In this document: positions 19,643 through 30,600 of the stretch, piece after piece
How the letters are laid out: every line of letters begins with the position of its first letter
How positions within the stretch are numbered: the first letter of the stretch is position 1
Virus record (IMG/VR): IMGVR_UViG_3300022690_000671
Coordinates: 1-64,000 of that record
Direction: 5' to 3' (one strand)
Source of the DNA: a virus
Length of the DNA stretch: 64,000 bases
Made by a program: the position numbers and the translations under genes
Notes under the pieces: generated by a model
Seen by the model: only the letters and a program-made list of their open reading frames with translations
Database searches by the model: none
Told to the model about the DNA's origin: nothing

Positions 19643-20254
19643 ATGAGTAAGACACGTTTTGTAAGTATTGTTACAGTCGTAGAAGTTCAAGCTTCATCCA
19701 ATGATGCGGCTCTTAAACTCGCAAGAAGGTATGTTGATATTAGTACTGGACCTGGCGATATCGTAAATGTTGTAGAAAACAAAACTCGTTTCTATGATAT
19801 AACTGAGGACTATATTTTCTATGAACTTTATGACGCGGAGGAAGTCGAAGAGTATGAAGAATACGAAGATTATATAGAGACCGAAGATCAGGGAGTTTCC
19901 GATGGGACCACAACGTCGGACTATGTGCCGCTTATCAATTTCGACGAAGACAAGTTCGATGATGACGGTGGTCGTACTTATTTCGATGCAGATGAGGAAT
20001 TACGATTACTTAAACTTGAGATTGAAGAAGAGGCTGAGGTAGATAAAGCTGTTATTTCAGCATTAGACCAAGCCCATAAAGATACGAAGGAATACCAAGA
20101 AAATGGTCGAACCTATTTCGATGTAGACGAGGAATTGCGCCTTGTTCAAGAAGAGGCTGAAGTTGATGGTTCTATTACTTCAGCATTAACTCAAACATAT
20201 GAAACTGCTATGAGAGAACTAGGCGATAAGAACTACCAAAAAAACGCAGAATAA
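19643..20254 (+). CDS. acidic protein, paralog 2, with internal repeat
   Basis: GAGGT SD; GRTYFD.DEELRL...EEAEVD..I.SAL.Q occurs twice. Confidence 0.7.
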   Translation: MSKTRFVSIVTVVEVQASSNDAALKLARRYVDISTGPGDIVNVVENKTRFYDITEDYIFYELYDAEEVEEYEEYEDYIETEDQGVSDGTTTSDYVPLINFDEDKFDDDGGRTYFDADEELRLLKLEIEEEAEVDKAVISALDQAHKDTKEYQENGRTYFDVDEELRLVQEEAEVDGSITSALTQTYETAMRELGDKNYQKNAE

Positions 20255-20257
20255 ATT

Positions 20258-20656
20258 ATGGCCCTTACAGACGATCAAATAAGTCGTCTTGGTTATCGCC
20301 AAGCATTGACTACAAACAGTTCGCTGCCGTCCGATGATATAAACATCGGCCTTATATATATTCCATTGGCTAGAAATCTGATGGAAGATCGTTCTACGTA
20401 TCTAACAGCAACTGATGCTCCGGACGTAGCAGATTTGGCAATAATCGAGTTTGTTAGATTGACACTTCTTGGCCTTCAGCCGGAAACTGATGTAAGATTT
20501 ACGACGATGAAGATGAGATGGATGCAATCGGCATCTATTTCTAGACAACAAGAAGCTGAAGTTTCGTCCGATTGTTATCAAGATCCGAAATTTAATAAGT
20601 TTCGGAAACGCCTTCGTAATTTCTCTGTTCGGGAGAATCTTTGTCCTGACAATTAA
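20258..20656 (+). CDS. hypothetical virion-associated protein
   Basis: 132 aa, TAATG coupling to next gene. Confidence 0.6.
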   Translation: MALTDDQISRLGYRQALTTNSSLPSDDINIGLIYIPLARNLMEDRSTYLTATDAPDVADLAIIEFVRLTLLGLQPETDVRFTTMKMRWMQSASISRQQEAEVSSDCYQDPKFNKFRKRLRNFSVRENLCPDN

Positions 20657-21000
20657 TGGAAATTACTGTAGAAGTCCTTCAAGAAGCTATTGCTCGATAC
20701 TGTGAAAAATATCACACTCAAGTTGTCGACCTTAAAGAAATTGCTAAAGAATTAGGAGATCCTTCATTAACACTTCCTAAAATATTTGAGGTGATTGGAA
20801 AATCAACTAATCCTCTTAATTTAGGATCTACATTGCCTCCTTTTATTATAGGAGATGTTATGATAGATCTTCCTTTGTATTCGATTCTACGATCTCCTGT
20901 AAGAGACGGAGGATTTCCTCATCGAATTATGCGTTTGACATATGAAGAAGCAAAAAAGATTAGAAAACAACGTCGAGAAATGAATACGTGCTCTGATTAA
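20656..21000 (+). CDS. hypothetical protein
   Basis: 114-aa ORF, coupled start. Confidence 0.55.
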   Translation: MEITVEVLQEAIARYCEKYHTQVVDLKEIAKELGDPSLTLPKIFEVIGKSTNPLNLGSTLPPFIIGDVMIDLPLYSILRSPVRDGGFPHRIMRLTYEEAKKIRKQRREMNTCSD

Positions 21001-21004
21001 TCCT

Positions 21005-21862
21005 ATGGAATTTATAATTGATATCAAAAATAGAATGGGCGTGTATACCATTACCAATTTGGTGAATCGAAAGGTATATTTTGGATCTACCACTGTGTGT
21101 TTACATAAACGTATGATTCGTCATCTTTCTAGGTTAAAAAGTAAAAAGCATCGTAACAAATATCTTCAACGTTCATTTGACAAATATGGCGAAGAAAATT
21201 TTTATTTTGAGGTTTTAGAAATTGTTGACAAAAAAGAAGATGTTAGAACACGAGAAGCGTTTTGGTTAAATGCTTTTTGGGGTAGCGGAAGAATATATAA
21301 TCTAGTTAAAGTTGATGGTTATAATGTAGGAGATAAACCGTCAAACTATTTAAGCGAAAAATATCAAGGCGAGGAACTTATTGATCCGGATGGTAATATT
21401 ATCTTGTTTGAAGGAACTTGTGCTAATTTCGCAAGGAAACATGACATTTGCGCTACCGGATTATATAGATTATTCAATGGGATAAGTCGTCACAGTCAAG
21501 GATGGTCTCTTAAAAAACACAACCTTCCATCTTTCGTTTCTCCCGAAGGAGTTATTTATGATCGTATTTATAATATTGCCTTATTTGCGAGAAAACATAA
21601 TTTGAACAAAAGTTCATTACAACAACTGGTTCGTCATGAAATAAAATATCATAATGGGTGGACATTGGTGGGGAGTTATTTACCTACTTTGATTTCACCA
21701 GAAGGTAAAATATTCGAGAGAGTTTGCAATTTAAGTTCATTTGCTAAAAAGAATAATTTATCGGGATCTATGTTAAGTAGTATGATTCTTGGTAATCAAC
21801 GAACACACAAAGGTTGGACTTGCGTTAATCCTAAAACAAAAAAAATCATTCTACAGGATTAA
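21005..21862 (+). CDS. free-standing GIY-YIG homing endonuclease
   Basis: GVYTITNLVNRKVYFGS...R...H...HRNKYLQRSFDKYGEENF.FEVLE...E...YN; three C-terminal repeats ending H.GW. Confidence 0.9.
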   Translation: MEFIIDIKNRMGVYTITNLVNRKVYFGSTTVCLHKRMIRHLSRLKSKKHRNKYLQRSFDKYGEENFYFEVLEIVDKKEDVRTREAFWLNAFWGSGRIYNLVKVDGYNVGDKPSNYLSEKYQGEELIDPDGNIILFEGTCANFARKHDICATGLYRLFNGISRHSQGWSLKKHNLPSFVSPEGVIYDRIYNIALFARKHNLNKSSLQQLVRHEIKYHNGWTLVGSYLPTLISPEGKIFERVCNLSSFAKKNNLSGSMLSSMILGNQRTHKGWTCVNPKTKKIILQD

Positions 21863-21864
21863 AT

Positions 21865-24800
21865 ATGGCCCAACAGAAGACAATTCGCTTCAGCCAAGGA
21901 CTTCGTAGGCTTGAGCATTCACAGCTACAACACCCATTTTTGATGCGAAATAGTCGCATAGAAAAATTGGGCGATGTACGACACGTCAAGACTGGTGTGA
22001 CGCTTGGAGACGACTGTCCGGGCGGTGCCAAGCCTTGGTTTCGCCACGACGATGCGTGGATTACTGCTGCCGATGGTGTTCTATCTGGGGACTTCTTTAA
22101 ACGTAGACTTTATACGTCCGATTTCGTTAATCAAAAACTTCAGAAAAGAGATCTGGATAACAATATCATTGAGGACCCTGCTTATCTTTTCAGGGTTAAT
22201 TTCATTAGTGGAGCCAATGAAGGATTCAGTGCCGACTCTTCTGATATTGAAGGAATCACGAATGGTAAAGCAGTAGATTATGTTTTCATTCCACATAACG
22301 AAAATGATGAGGCGGGGCCTTGGCATTTTCTTACATTTATCGCTAGAAATCCTGATGCTGCATCTGGTGACATTGTTGTTCAAAAACCAAAATGGAGAAT
22401 GTTGGCTAATGGTGAAGCTGCATATGTAGATGTTTATCGCACTGTAGAATATGATTTGACGAACAGGTGGAAATATCAATTCCGTGGAGTTCGTGGACTT
22501 CAGGATACTGAAACTACTGAAGTTTTCGATGTTTTAGGACGTAAAGTAAATCCTGTACATGTTACATCTTTATTTGAACGACAAAGTACCGGGATACCTG
22601 CTTCTGCGTTCCATTTCGAAGGCAGAATGACATTAGGCGATCAAATTACTCAACCCGATTCGTCGTTTATGGTCGGAGAAGATGCTTTTATAGGGGAATA
22701 TGAATCGGCCAGGTATTGGCCACTAAACATCGAAAAGAAAGATCAGGGTACATCAGATGCTCTTGGCCCTATTCTCGATAAACAACATAATTTTTGGTCC
22801 GCACAAAAAACAATAAGTGGCGGTGGGTTGCTCAATACAGCCGATAATGGCGTAACTGGTCCTGTAGCAAAAACCATGTTTAACCATGCTGGTAGAATGA
22901 TGTATGGAAATGTTAAAATTCCGTTGAAAAAGCCTAACCCTACTATTCATTACAATATTTCGACGCTTCAGGCGGCTGGTGATTTTACAGTTCGTTTTCA
23001 ATATGAATATGATACTCCAGAAGGAAGAATATATGGCCCCCTTTCTGAAATTATGAATCGTGTTACTACTGTAGTGCCGTGGGAAGGCGAAGATGCTTTA
23101 CTTGTTTTTGCGGAGGGACCCGGTCTTGGTAGCGGAGAGAAACTGATTGAAAGAATTGAACCTAATGAAGCAGGTAAATATGTATCGACCTACAATATTC
23201 TTGGAGGCAACTTTACATATACTTCAGTTGGATTAGAGGACAAGATTCAAACCGGAGCATCTTTTGTGTCTGGACCCAATATAATTAGCGCTACTGTTTC
23301 TCTACCTAACTTTGTTTTCATGGCCGACCAAAATAGACCATTTGAAGTGACTTATGTAGGATTTCCCGCACCCGATAGTCAAGAAATCGTTGCTCTAACG
23401 GGAACACGACTAGCTGAGGAGGAAGCTCTAAAAGGATATGATTTTTACGTGTTTACAGATAAACATGTGTACCACGCCCAACGTAACGATAGTACGGTTG
23501 TTTTGGATTTTCTAATTCACGGGGCTGGACTTCTAAGAGGAAACGCAGAGAACCCTCTATATATTGCTGTACGCGACGGAGTAGCATTTGCTGGTACTGA
23601 TAACAAAATTTATTTTGCGTCTGGTAGACGCACCACAGAACTCTCACAGGAGGTTCTGGGCAACGACGGAGTGCGTCCCCTTTGGACAAGCGTAAAAGAC
23701 ATTACATATTCAAACTTATGGAATGAGGTTGAGGTAGGAACTGACACCGGAGTCTGGGTCTATAGTTTTGACCAGACCGGATGGATTGCTCATCGTGACT
23801 TTAAAGCATATGAGACTCTTTTGAATCCTGGAGGAGAAGCACCTTCCTCTCAAACTGCACCATATGATATTTCAGTGTTTTGGGAAAAATCATTTACGCC
23901 CAGTGTTTCGGTTCTGACTCACAATGCACAACAAGTGATTACCATCACCGATTTTGGTATTACTGCGGAGGTAACAGCAACAACTCTCATGCTTTTTGAT
24001 GTTCAGGTAAATGGTCTTTCACGAGGCGAGATTGCTTTATCAGGAACATCTAGTTTTTACAATGGGAACACAATAGTTCTTCTTCCCGGCGAACAATTGG
24101 ATATCGTTGCCCCAAGCGTTGTTGATTCTAATGTTCAGGATTCTCTTATTTTTGCTGAAGCAACAGCAGAATTTTTGTTACCTCCTGGTTTTGTGATAGA
24201 AACAAGAACAGAGGCTTATGATATTTCGGCATTTTGGGAAAGTCGTTTGTTCGACGAAACGGCACTACCAGCACCCACGATTCTGCCAAATCAGGAAGTA
24301 TTAAGACATATTGTCAGGCGTAATGATATTACTATAACAGAATTTGGTGCTGCTGTTGAAACCATATCTACTTCGTTGGGTACTTTATTTGACGTATATA
24401 TAAACGGAACAGTTATCGGACAGATAGTTCTTCCAGTTGGAGCCCTATCGTCTACTCTATGGTCAGGACCAAGTTCAATCTCCGTGTCTCAGGGAGATAT
24501 CATTCGTATCGTAGGACCAACATTACCTGATTTTCACTTAGCAGATATAAATGTTTTTGCTACTGCTACAATACAAGTACAAGTTACCGTTGCTGATCCT
24601 GATATTGAAGACGACGACAATGCGACAGAATTTATAGATTCGGCACATCTATATTATTGGCACGAACGCCGAGGAACCATTATTAAAGATAAACCTTTAC
24701 AAGGTAGTGATCCTGGTCCTCCTGAATGTGTTCTTTGGAATGGTCAAGGACCCATAATTACTCCAAACTTTATAGAAATGCAACCGATAAGGTCTTCTAT

Positions 24801-25254
24801 TACAATGAAAGTTAAAGAACTTCGTTGCGATTTTGATCCTCTTTCAAGAATAGTTCAAGGAGCAGTTTCCGATACTTTCTTGTCGATAGATCCACTGAGC
24901 GGATTTGCCGCATTTAACGATGTTCACGGTGCTGTACGTATGATCGATAGATTCGGGACCGGATTTGATCATAACGCGTATGTTAGTCGTATTTTAGGTA
25001 CGACGTTTCTTGAACTAACGGACAATGCAAGAGGAGGGTTTACCGGAAAGGTGGATATCGGGCAGACTCTTAAAGTTAGATATCGTGTACGAACGTCTGG
25101 TGTTAATCGTGTACATGATCAATTGTTTGATCTTCCTCCCGGAAGGGTGAGATATTTACGCAACAGAGGTCGAAGCGTCCAGATAAGAGTATCTAACTAT
25201 GACTTGTTTAGGGAGATATTTATTCTTTTCGACGTTGACATAGAAATTGACTAA
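21865..25254 (+). CDS. tail nozzle / tail tubular protein B-like with inserted beta-sandwich domains
   Basis: 1129 aa, propeller-like motifs (GRMMYGN, YVFTDKHVY, VWVYSFDQTGW), ends RGRSVQIRVSN; precedes putative ejected proteins. Confidence 0.7.
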   Translation: MAQQKTIRFSQGLRRLEHSQLQHPFLMRNSRIEKLGDVRHVKTGVTLGDDCPGGAKPWFRHDDAWITAADGVLSGDFFKRRLYTSDFVNQKLQKRDLDNNIIEDPAYLFRVNFISGANEGFSADSSDIEGITNGKAVDYVFIPHNENDEAGPWHFLTFIARNPDAASGDIVVQKPKWRMLANGEAAYVDVYRTVEYDLTNRWKYQFRGVRGLQDTETTEVFDVLGRKVNPVHVTSLFERQSTGIPASAFHFEGRMTLGDQITQPDSSFMVGEDAFIGEYESARYWPLNIEKKDQGTSDALGPILDKQHNFWSAQKTISGGGLLNTADNGVTGPVAKTMFNHAGRMMYGNVKIPLKKPNPTIHYNISTLQAAGDFTVRFQYEYDTPEGRIYGPLSEIMNRVTTVVPWEGEDALLVFAEGPGLGSGEKLIERIEPNEAGKYVSTYNILGGNFTYTSVGLEDKIQTGASFVSGPNIISATVSLPNFVFMADQNRPFEVTYVGFPAPDSQEIVALTGTRLAEEEALKGYDFYVFTDKHVYHAQRNDSTVVLDFLIHGAGLLRGNAENPLYIAVRDGVAFAGTDNKIYFASGRRTTELSQEVLGNDGVRPLWTSVKDITYSNLWNEVEVGTDTGVWVYSFDQTGWIAHRDFKAYETLLNPGGEAPSSQTAPYDISVFWEKSFTPSVSVLTHNAQQVITITDFGITAEVTATTLMLFDVQVNGLSRGEIALSGTSSFYNGNTIVLLPGEQLDIVAPSVVDSNVQDSLIFAEATAEFLLPPGFVIETRTEAYDISAFWESRLFDETALPAPTILPNQEVLRHIVRRNDITITEFGAAVETISTSLGTLFDVYINGTVIGQIVLPVGALSSTLWSGPSSISVSQGDIIRIVGPTLPDFHLADINVFATATIQVQVTVADPDIEDDDNATEFIDSAHLYYWHERRGTIIKDKPLQGSDPGPPECVLWNGQGPIITPNFIEMQPIRSSITMKVKELRCDFDPLSRIVQGAVSDTFLSIDPLSGFAAFNDVHGAVRMIDRFGTGFDHNAYVSRILGTTFLELTDNARGGFTGKVDIGQTLKVRYRVRTSGVNRVHDQLFDLPPGRVRYLRNRGRSVQIRVSNYDLFREIFILFDVDIEID

Positions 25255-25275
25255 CATTTTAAAAATCGTTAATTT
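25247..25275 (+). promoter_or_regulatory. sigma70-like promoter for internal virion genes
   Basis: TTGACT - 17 nt - TAATTT. Confidence 0.5.
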
Positions 25276-25309
25276 AAATATAGTAGTAACTTAAACGCAG
25301 GTATAAATT

Positions 25310-26074
25310 TTGGACCCCTTAACTTTAGCTTTACTTAGTAACATTGGTATCCCAATAGCATCCGGCCTAATTAGTCGAGCTTTTGGCGGCACCCCCCGTG
25401 TACCTGATTTTGTCCGCCCCGCATTACAAGCAGCCGAGGAAGCGCTTCGTCGTACCGAAGATTTTGGAGAAAGACAATTACAGAGAACTGAAGGTGAACT
25501 AGCTGCACAGGGCGTAACCGGATTCGCTGGTGGAACTGCCGCGAGAGAAGCCATTTCTCGTCGTGTTGGAGACGTTTTTGCGTCGGTCAGAGCATCCTCC
25601 TTGGACGCAATAACAAGAGCAAGACAACAGCAAGAGTTGGCCGAGACCCAACTCGCTAATCAGCAAGTGACCCAGACTCGCGGTGCTATTCAGAGAGCAG
25701 CATCAGGTGCGGGTCAGATAGGAAATTTTTTCGTACAACAAAGTCTTCTGGATTCTGGTGATTCAATACTTGCTCCAGCCCAACAAGGGGCAGTTAGTGG
25801 TGGTATTACTCCTCCTCCTATCCCTCAACTTCCTCCGTTTCAACCATTTAGTGAAGCCGCGCTTATGCAGCAACAACAAATAAGTAGTCTTATTTCACAA
25901 GGTGGCGCAAATTTATTAGAATTTGATGAGAGAGGCATACCAGGATTTTCAGTAACACCAACAAATCCTCTCAATAGAAATTTGGGTGGACAACAAACTA
26001 TTTTTGACGGTATTGGACAGGATCTAAATCGTCCATTAACTCCGGAACTACTCTTTCAAATTCTTAATAGGTAA
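25310..26074 (+). CDS. internal virion (ejection) protein
   Basis: MDPLTLALL..IG...ASGL N-terminus, A/G/Q-rich, typical of podovirus ejected proteins. Confidence 0.7.
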   Translation: MDPLTLALLSNIGIPIASGLISRAFGGTPRVPDFVRPALQAAEEALRRTEDFGERQLQRTEGELAAQGVTGFAGGTAAREAISRRVGDVFASVRASSLDAITRARQQQELAETQLANQQVTQTRGAIQRAASGAGQIGNFFVQQSLLDSGDSILAPAQQGAVSGGITPPPIPQLPPFQPFSEAALMQQQQISSLISQGGANLLEFDERGIPGFSVTPTNPLNRNLGGQQTIFDGIGQDLNRPLTPELLFQILNR

Positions 26075-26076
26075 AA

Positions 26077-27633
26077 ATGGACGAACGAGAACTTCAGAGA
26101 CTTGTAGAACTTGTAGAAGGGATTATAAGTGGTCCTTTCGGAACTGACCCCGAGGCTGAAGCCGCGAGGGCAGAAGCACTATTGGCTCCAGTTTCTTCTC
26201 CTACAGAGTTCAGTGCCGCATTAGCAGCGGGTCGTTCTCCTCAGATTGTTAATCTAGATCAATTTCTTGGCCCAGTTCCACAAGAAACGTTTACTCCAAC
26301 GCCTACTGAAGGACTAGAAAGTGCTATTCAGGATATTGCTGGAGCCCAGAGAGAAGCCGCCGCTGCTGGTGTTACAACTGCCGAAGGAGGTCAACGCCTA
26401 GCACTTCTAAACTTGTTGAATTCTATTGGCACCAATATATCTCAAGCCATTGCACCGACGCCAGAATCTCTATCTGCACAGCAAAGTCTTGACGCATCTC
26501 AGGGACTTAACCAAGCTCAACTTAATCTTCTAGAAGCTCAAGAACGTGCATCGGCTACAAATGCCACAGCCGCAGCGCAGCAAAATTTGGCGACGGAACA
26601 GTTCAGGTTTAATGCAGCAGAGCGTAATGCTGATATTCAACGAGGAGTTAATCGACGTAATCTTAAAGCCGAACTTGATCGTAGATTGAGTCAGACCAAA
26701 GCTATGGTAGCTTTTGGTGAAAGATTCGAACAGGCTCGGGGCATAAAACAAAAGCTTGAACTTGAGAACAGACGAAATGCTCAAAAATTGTTACAAACGC
26801 TTGTAAGAGACGATATAACACAAGATCGTCTAGATAGAAGAGCAGCTATAACAAGAGCCACTCAACAAAACATTGCGACTACTGCTGATGTTGTTATTTC
26901 AAGTATTAACGATGGTCTTGGTCGAGCATTGGGTGAAATAAATGACCTGGAATTTAATCTTGAAGAATTTAAGTCTGGGGTATGGCCATTTCGTAGTGGA
27001 ACAAAAAGAGAAACATTTAGAAACAATGTAGATCAGATTTTTACTATGTTGAGCGGTGTTCAAAGTCTCAGAGATAATGTTTTAAGTGCATCAACAAAAG
27101 ACCATGCTGCATTTGAGAAAAAAGGATTTCAACGAGAAGCTGCTGAAGTAATTGAAAATCTAAATAAAGCTAATTTTATTTTAGATCTTGCTCCTCGTAT
27201 TCAGGGCAAGGACGAAAGTAATGATGATTATGCTGAATTTTTAGTAAAATGGAACGTAAGTCCTGACGCAGATCGTTTGAGAAATGCGTTACCGTTATTG
27301 CTTGAAGGAGACGTGAATGAATCAGTGAGGGTTGCTGGTGGTCAACCAACCGCCAATATGACACGAAGTCAAGCTCAACGTATTCAAAATTTGATAAATG
27401 ATGGTGTATCAGGAGAAGATGCTTTGAGAAGTGAAGGATTCAACGTTGATTCTCTTCCTGAAGGTACTATAGTTGATGGCGCTGCTATTACTAGAGATCC
27501 TACTCAACCAGTAGACGCCACAACGTCTCAACGAGAACGCATCAGAGGATCTAGTAATGTACTCGCCAAACCTTTAAGTGATCAAGAACTAGACGAACTT
27601 TCTGACTTTAAACAAGAACTTGAAAATCAATAA
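26077..27633 (+). CDS. internal virion (ejection) protein
   Basis: 518 aa, A/Q-rich coiled coil, between small and giant internal proteins. Confidence 0.6.
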   Translation: MDERELQRLVELVEGIISGPFGTDPEAEAARAEALLAPVSSPTEFSAALAAGRSPQIVNLDQFLGPVPQETFTPTPTEGLESAIQDIAGAQREAAAAGVTTAEGGQRLALLNLLNSIGTNISQAIAPTPESLSAQQSLDASQGLNQAQLNLLEAQERASATNATAAAQQNLATEQFRFNAAERNADIQRGVNRRNLKAELDRRLSQTKAMVAFGERFEQARGIKQKLELENRRNAQKLLQTLVRDDITQDRLDRRAAITRATQQNIATTADVVISSINDGLGRALGEINDLEFNLEEFKSGVWPFRSGTKRETFRNNVDQIFTMLSGVQSLRDNVLSASTKDHAAFEKKGFQREAAEVIENLNKANFILDLAPRIQGKDESNDDYAEFLVKWNVSPDADRLRNALPLLLEGDVNESVRVAGGQPTANMTRSQAQRIQNLINDGVSGEDALRSEGFNVDSLPEGTIVDGAAITRDPTQPVDATTSQRERIRGSSNVLAKPLSDQELDELSDFKQELENQ

Positions 27634-27648
27634 AAACTTTCTTACTTT
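27620..27648 (+). promoter_or_regulatory. sigma70-like promoter for giant virion protein
   Basis: TTGAAA - 17 nt - TACTTT, ending 6 nt before ATG 27655. Confidence 0.6.
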
Positions 27649-27654
27649 GTAAGG

Positions 27655-30600
27655 ATGGAAAATCAAGAGTTATTAGACCTTCTCCAAGCGATCATAGATC
27701 GCCAACCAGAAGGCCCCGCCGATATCGCTCGTCCACAGGACGAAGCTGCGGCCCCAGAACCATTAGAAATTCTTCCTCAACCAGGAGTATCAACAGCAGA
27801 ACAACTTGCTGCGGCCCCAGAACCATTAGAAATTCTTCCTCAACCAGGAGTATCAACAGCAGAACAACTTGCTGCGGCGACAACTCAGGAAGAGGCAGAT
27901 ATTCTTGAACGCCGAGTTTCCGAAGAAAGATTTCAAGAAACAGCATCTCTCCAAGATTTTCTGAGAAGAAAATCTGAAGGACCATTAACGAGGGTAACAG
28001 GACCAAGAGAAGTACAAGAAGAAGATAATCCTGTTGTTGCTCTTCTCGGAGCTATTGATAAACGTACACAAGAAGACGAAGGCTTCTTTAACGATTTACT
28101 TTCGGGACTTTCTGAAGGTAGTCGCATCGTTGTTAGTGATGCTGCACGAAATTTTGGATTTCAAGATTTCGCCAATCGATTAGAAGAAACTGCTCCAAGG
28201 GAAAGAACAACGACACCCGCCGCAGCCATTGGTAGAGCTATTGTTGGTGGAACTAAATTCTTCATAGAAGGAGGTTTAAGTCTTGCTTTGGGTCCTGTTT
28301 TAGGTGGTTCGTCTCTTGAAGAACAATTTGGTTTTGATCCTGGAGAACAACGCGATATTCTAGATGAGATTCGTCAAGTAAAAACAAGACCTGATGATTT
28401 TACTGAAGAACAAGTTACGGATCTTGTTAATAGACGAGATGCCGCTCTTCGTAATACACAAATCTTTGAAGCTCGTCAAATTCTCTCTGAACTGACGCCT
28501 GAAGGAACCGGAATCGATGATTTCCTTGAAGGATTCGAACGTTCAAAGTTTACGATATTAGCTAATGTGGCTGCTGCTTTTGGTGATATAGATGACTTTG
28601 AAACGGCAAATAGGTTGCGAGAAATAGCATCGACAGAACAATTCGATGCCCAAAGCGCCTATGCTACGGCGGGTGAAATTGGAGCGCAGAGTATTCCTTC
28701 TGCTGCTGCTCTTCTCATAGGAGGCCCTGTTGCTGCTGGTCTCATGGGCGCGTTTTATTTTACCCAAGGTCTTGGTAGTGGACGTACCGTATACAGAGAC
28801 ATCAAGGAAAAGACGGGAGAAGAAGTCAAATTCATTGAAGAAATGACTCTGGGCATTGGGTTTGGTTTGGCTGAAATGCTAACTGAACGTTTTGGTCTTA
28901 AAGTTCTCGAAAATATTAGTACAAAGTTGGCGTTTGAACTTGGGGAAAAAGCACTTCTTACACAAATAAGAAAAGGTACACTTACTCAAGCACAAATAGT
29001 AGCAATGAGCAAATGGACCGTTGCAACGATGGGCGCAGAGGCATATGAGGAAGCAGTTAACTCAGTTGCCCAGACCACAATGATTTCCATGTTTGATCCT
29101 GAAACGGGCGTAATGGATCAAGGATTATGGGACTTTACCAAGGATTTAACTGAAGATGCACTAATTAGTGCGGCGGGTGGTGCGTTGGGTGGTGGTTTTG
29201 TCGGCCCCGCTGCTAGATTTCGTGGTCGCCAAAATATTAGAAATGCTCGTCGGGAGTTAAATGAAGCATCAGATGATGAACTCTTTAACGTACTTCAGGA
29301 TGAGAATGTTAATGAAGGTATTCGCGGTGTAGCAGAAGAAATTTTCAATAGTCGTTTGGCTGGACAAGCCCCAACGGTTGACGGCGCTAGACTACCTACG
29401 CCTCAAATGACGCCAGAATTTCGTGAGGAGTTTACTGCCGCAGCAAACGAAGCGTCTTCAGCAGATTTACAACGAGGTCTTTTAGATGGTCGGTTTACCG
29501 GAGAACAAACTGACATTATTATAGGAATTCTTGAACAAAAACCTTCGGAAGAAGCTCCTGTACGCTTTGGTCCTGAACGAGTTAGAGAACAACGCCGCCG
29601 ATTTGCGGAAACCCTGGAAGAGGCGGAACGTTTAGGTCAACCCGTTGAAGAATTAGAGCCTCGTGTTGGTATTCGTACTCAAGTTCCCGGTACGGAGCGT
29701 ATTGTGCGGCCCGGTGCTGTATTAGAAGGTGCGATTGATATTGAAGCCGCAAGGCAAGGCGCTGAAATAGTAGATGCTGAAGAGGCAGTTGTAAACCAAG
29801 AAAATGCAATTCAGATTTTCAATTCATTTATTGATGCAACAAATCTTGTAGAGGAAGAAAAAACTAGATTTAAAAATGCCATAATTTTAGCAGATGTTGC
29901 AGGTAGACGTGGCACAGAAGAAGAACTACGTTCAAGAGGTATTCTTAGTGGAGATCCCGGTAGTCCTGTTATTACTATCGGGGATCAAACATATGAAGGT
30001 GATACCGCAAAAGAAATGTTGGGCACGTTTCGGATTGGTGCGGTAACAGTAGGGTCAAAAGATCAGTTGCGTAATATTTTTCTATTGGCCAATGTTGACG
30101 AAACAGACGTACGTGATGAAATATTCCACGCATTTATGGATTTCGCTCCTGGTGAAGTTAAGCGAGACGCGATTAATGCCTTTAACGAAGAATTCGACAC
30201 TACATTTAAGACGTACTCGGAGGGACGTGAACGTATGGCCAGGGAATTCGCCAATCATTTAGGTGGTATACGTCGTACAGAACGGGGCGGATTCCTTCGT
30301 GGCTTGTTCGATACACATAACAGAGCGTGGAGACAAACTATTAATCCGTTCAAACGCGGAGATGTTGCTGAACAAGTACAGACTGGAGCATTTACAGATC
30401 TTCTTCTCAAGATAGGACGAGGTGAGGTTGCTGATCTTGTACAACCTGGTATTGTTGAGGAAATTGTAGAAGAAGCGGCAGAACCACAAGAAGCGGAAAT
30501 CCGTCAGGTTATTAACGAAGATTCTGATCGTAGAGCAGATGTTCTTCGTGAGATCGAAGAAGAAGGACGCCCCTTTGGTATCGGTGAAGTTGCGTTTCAA

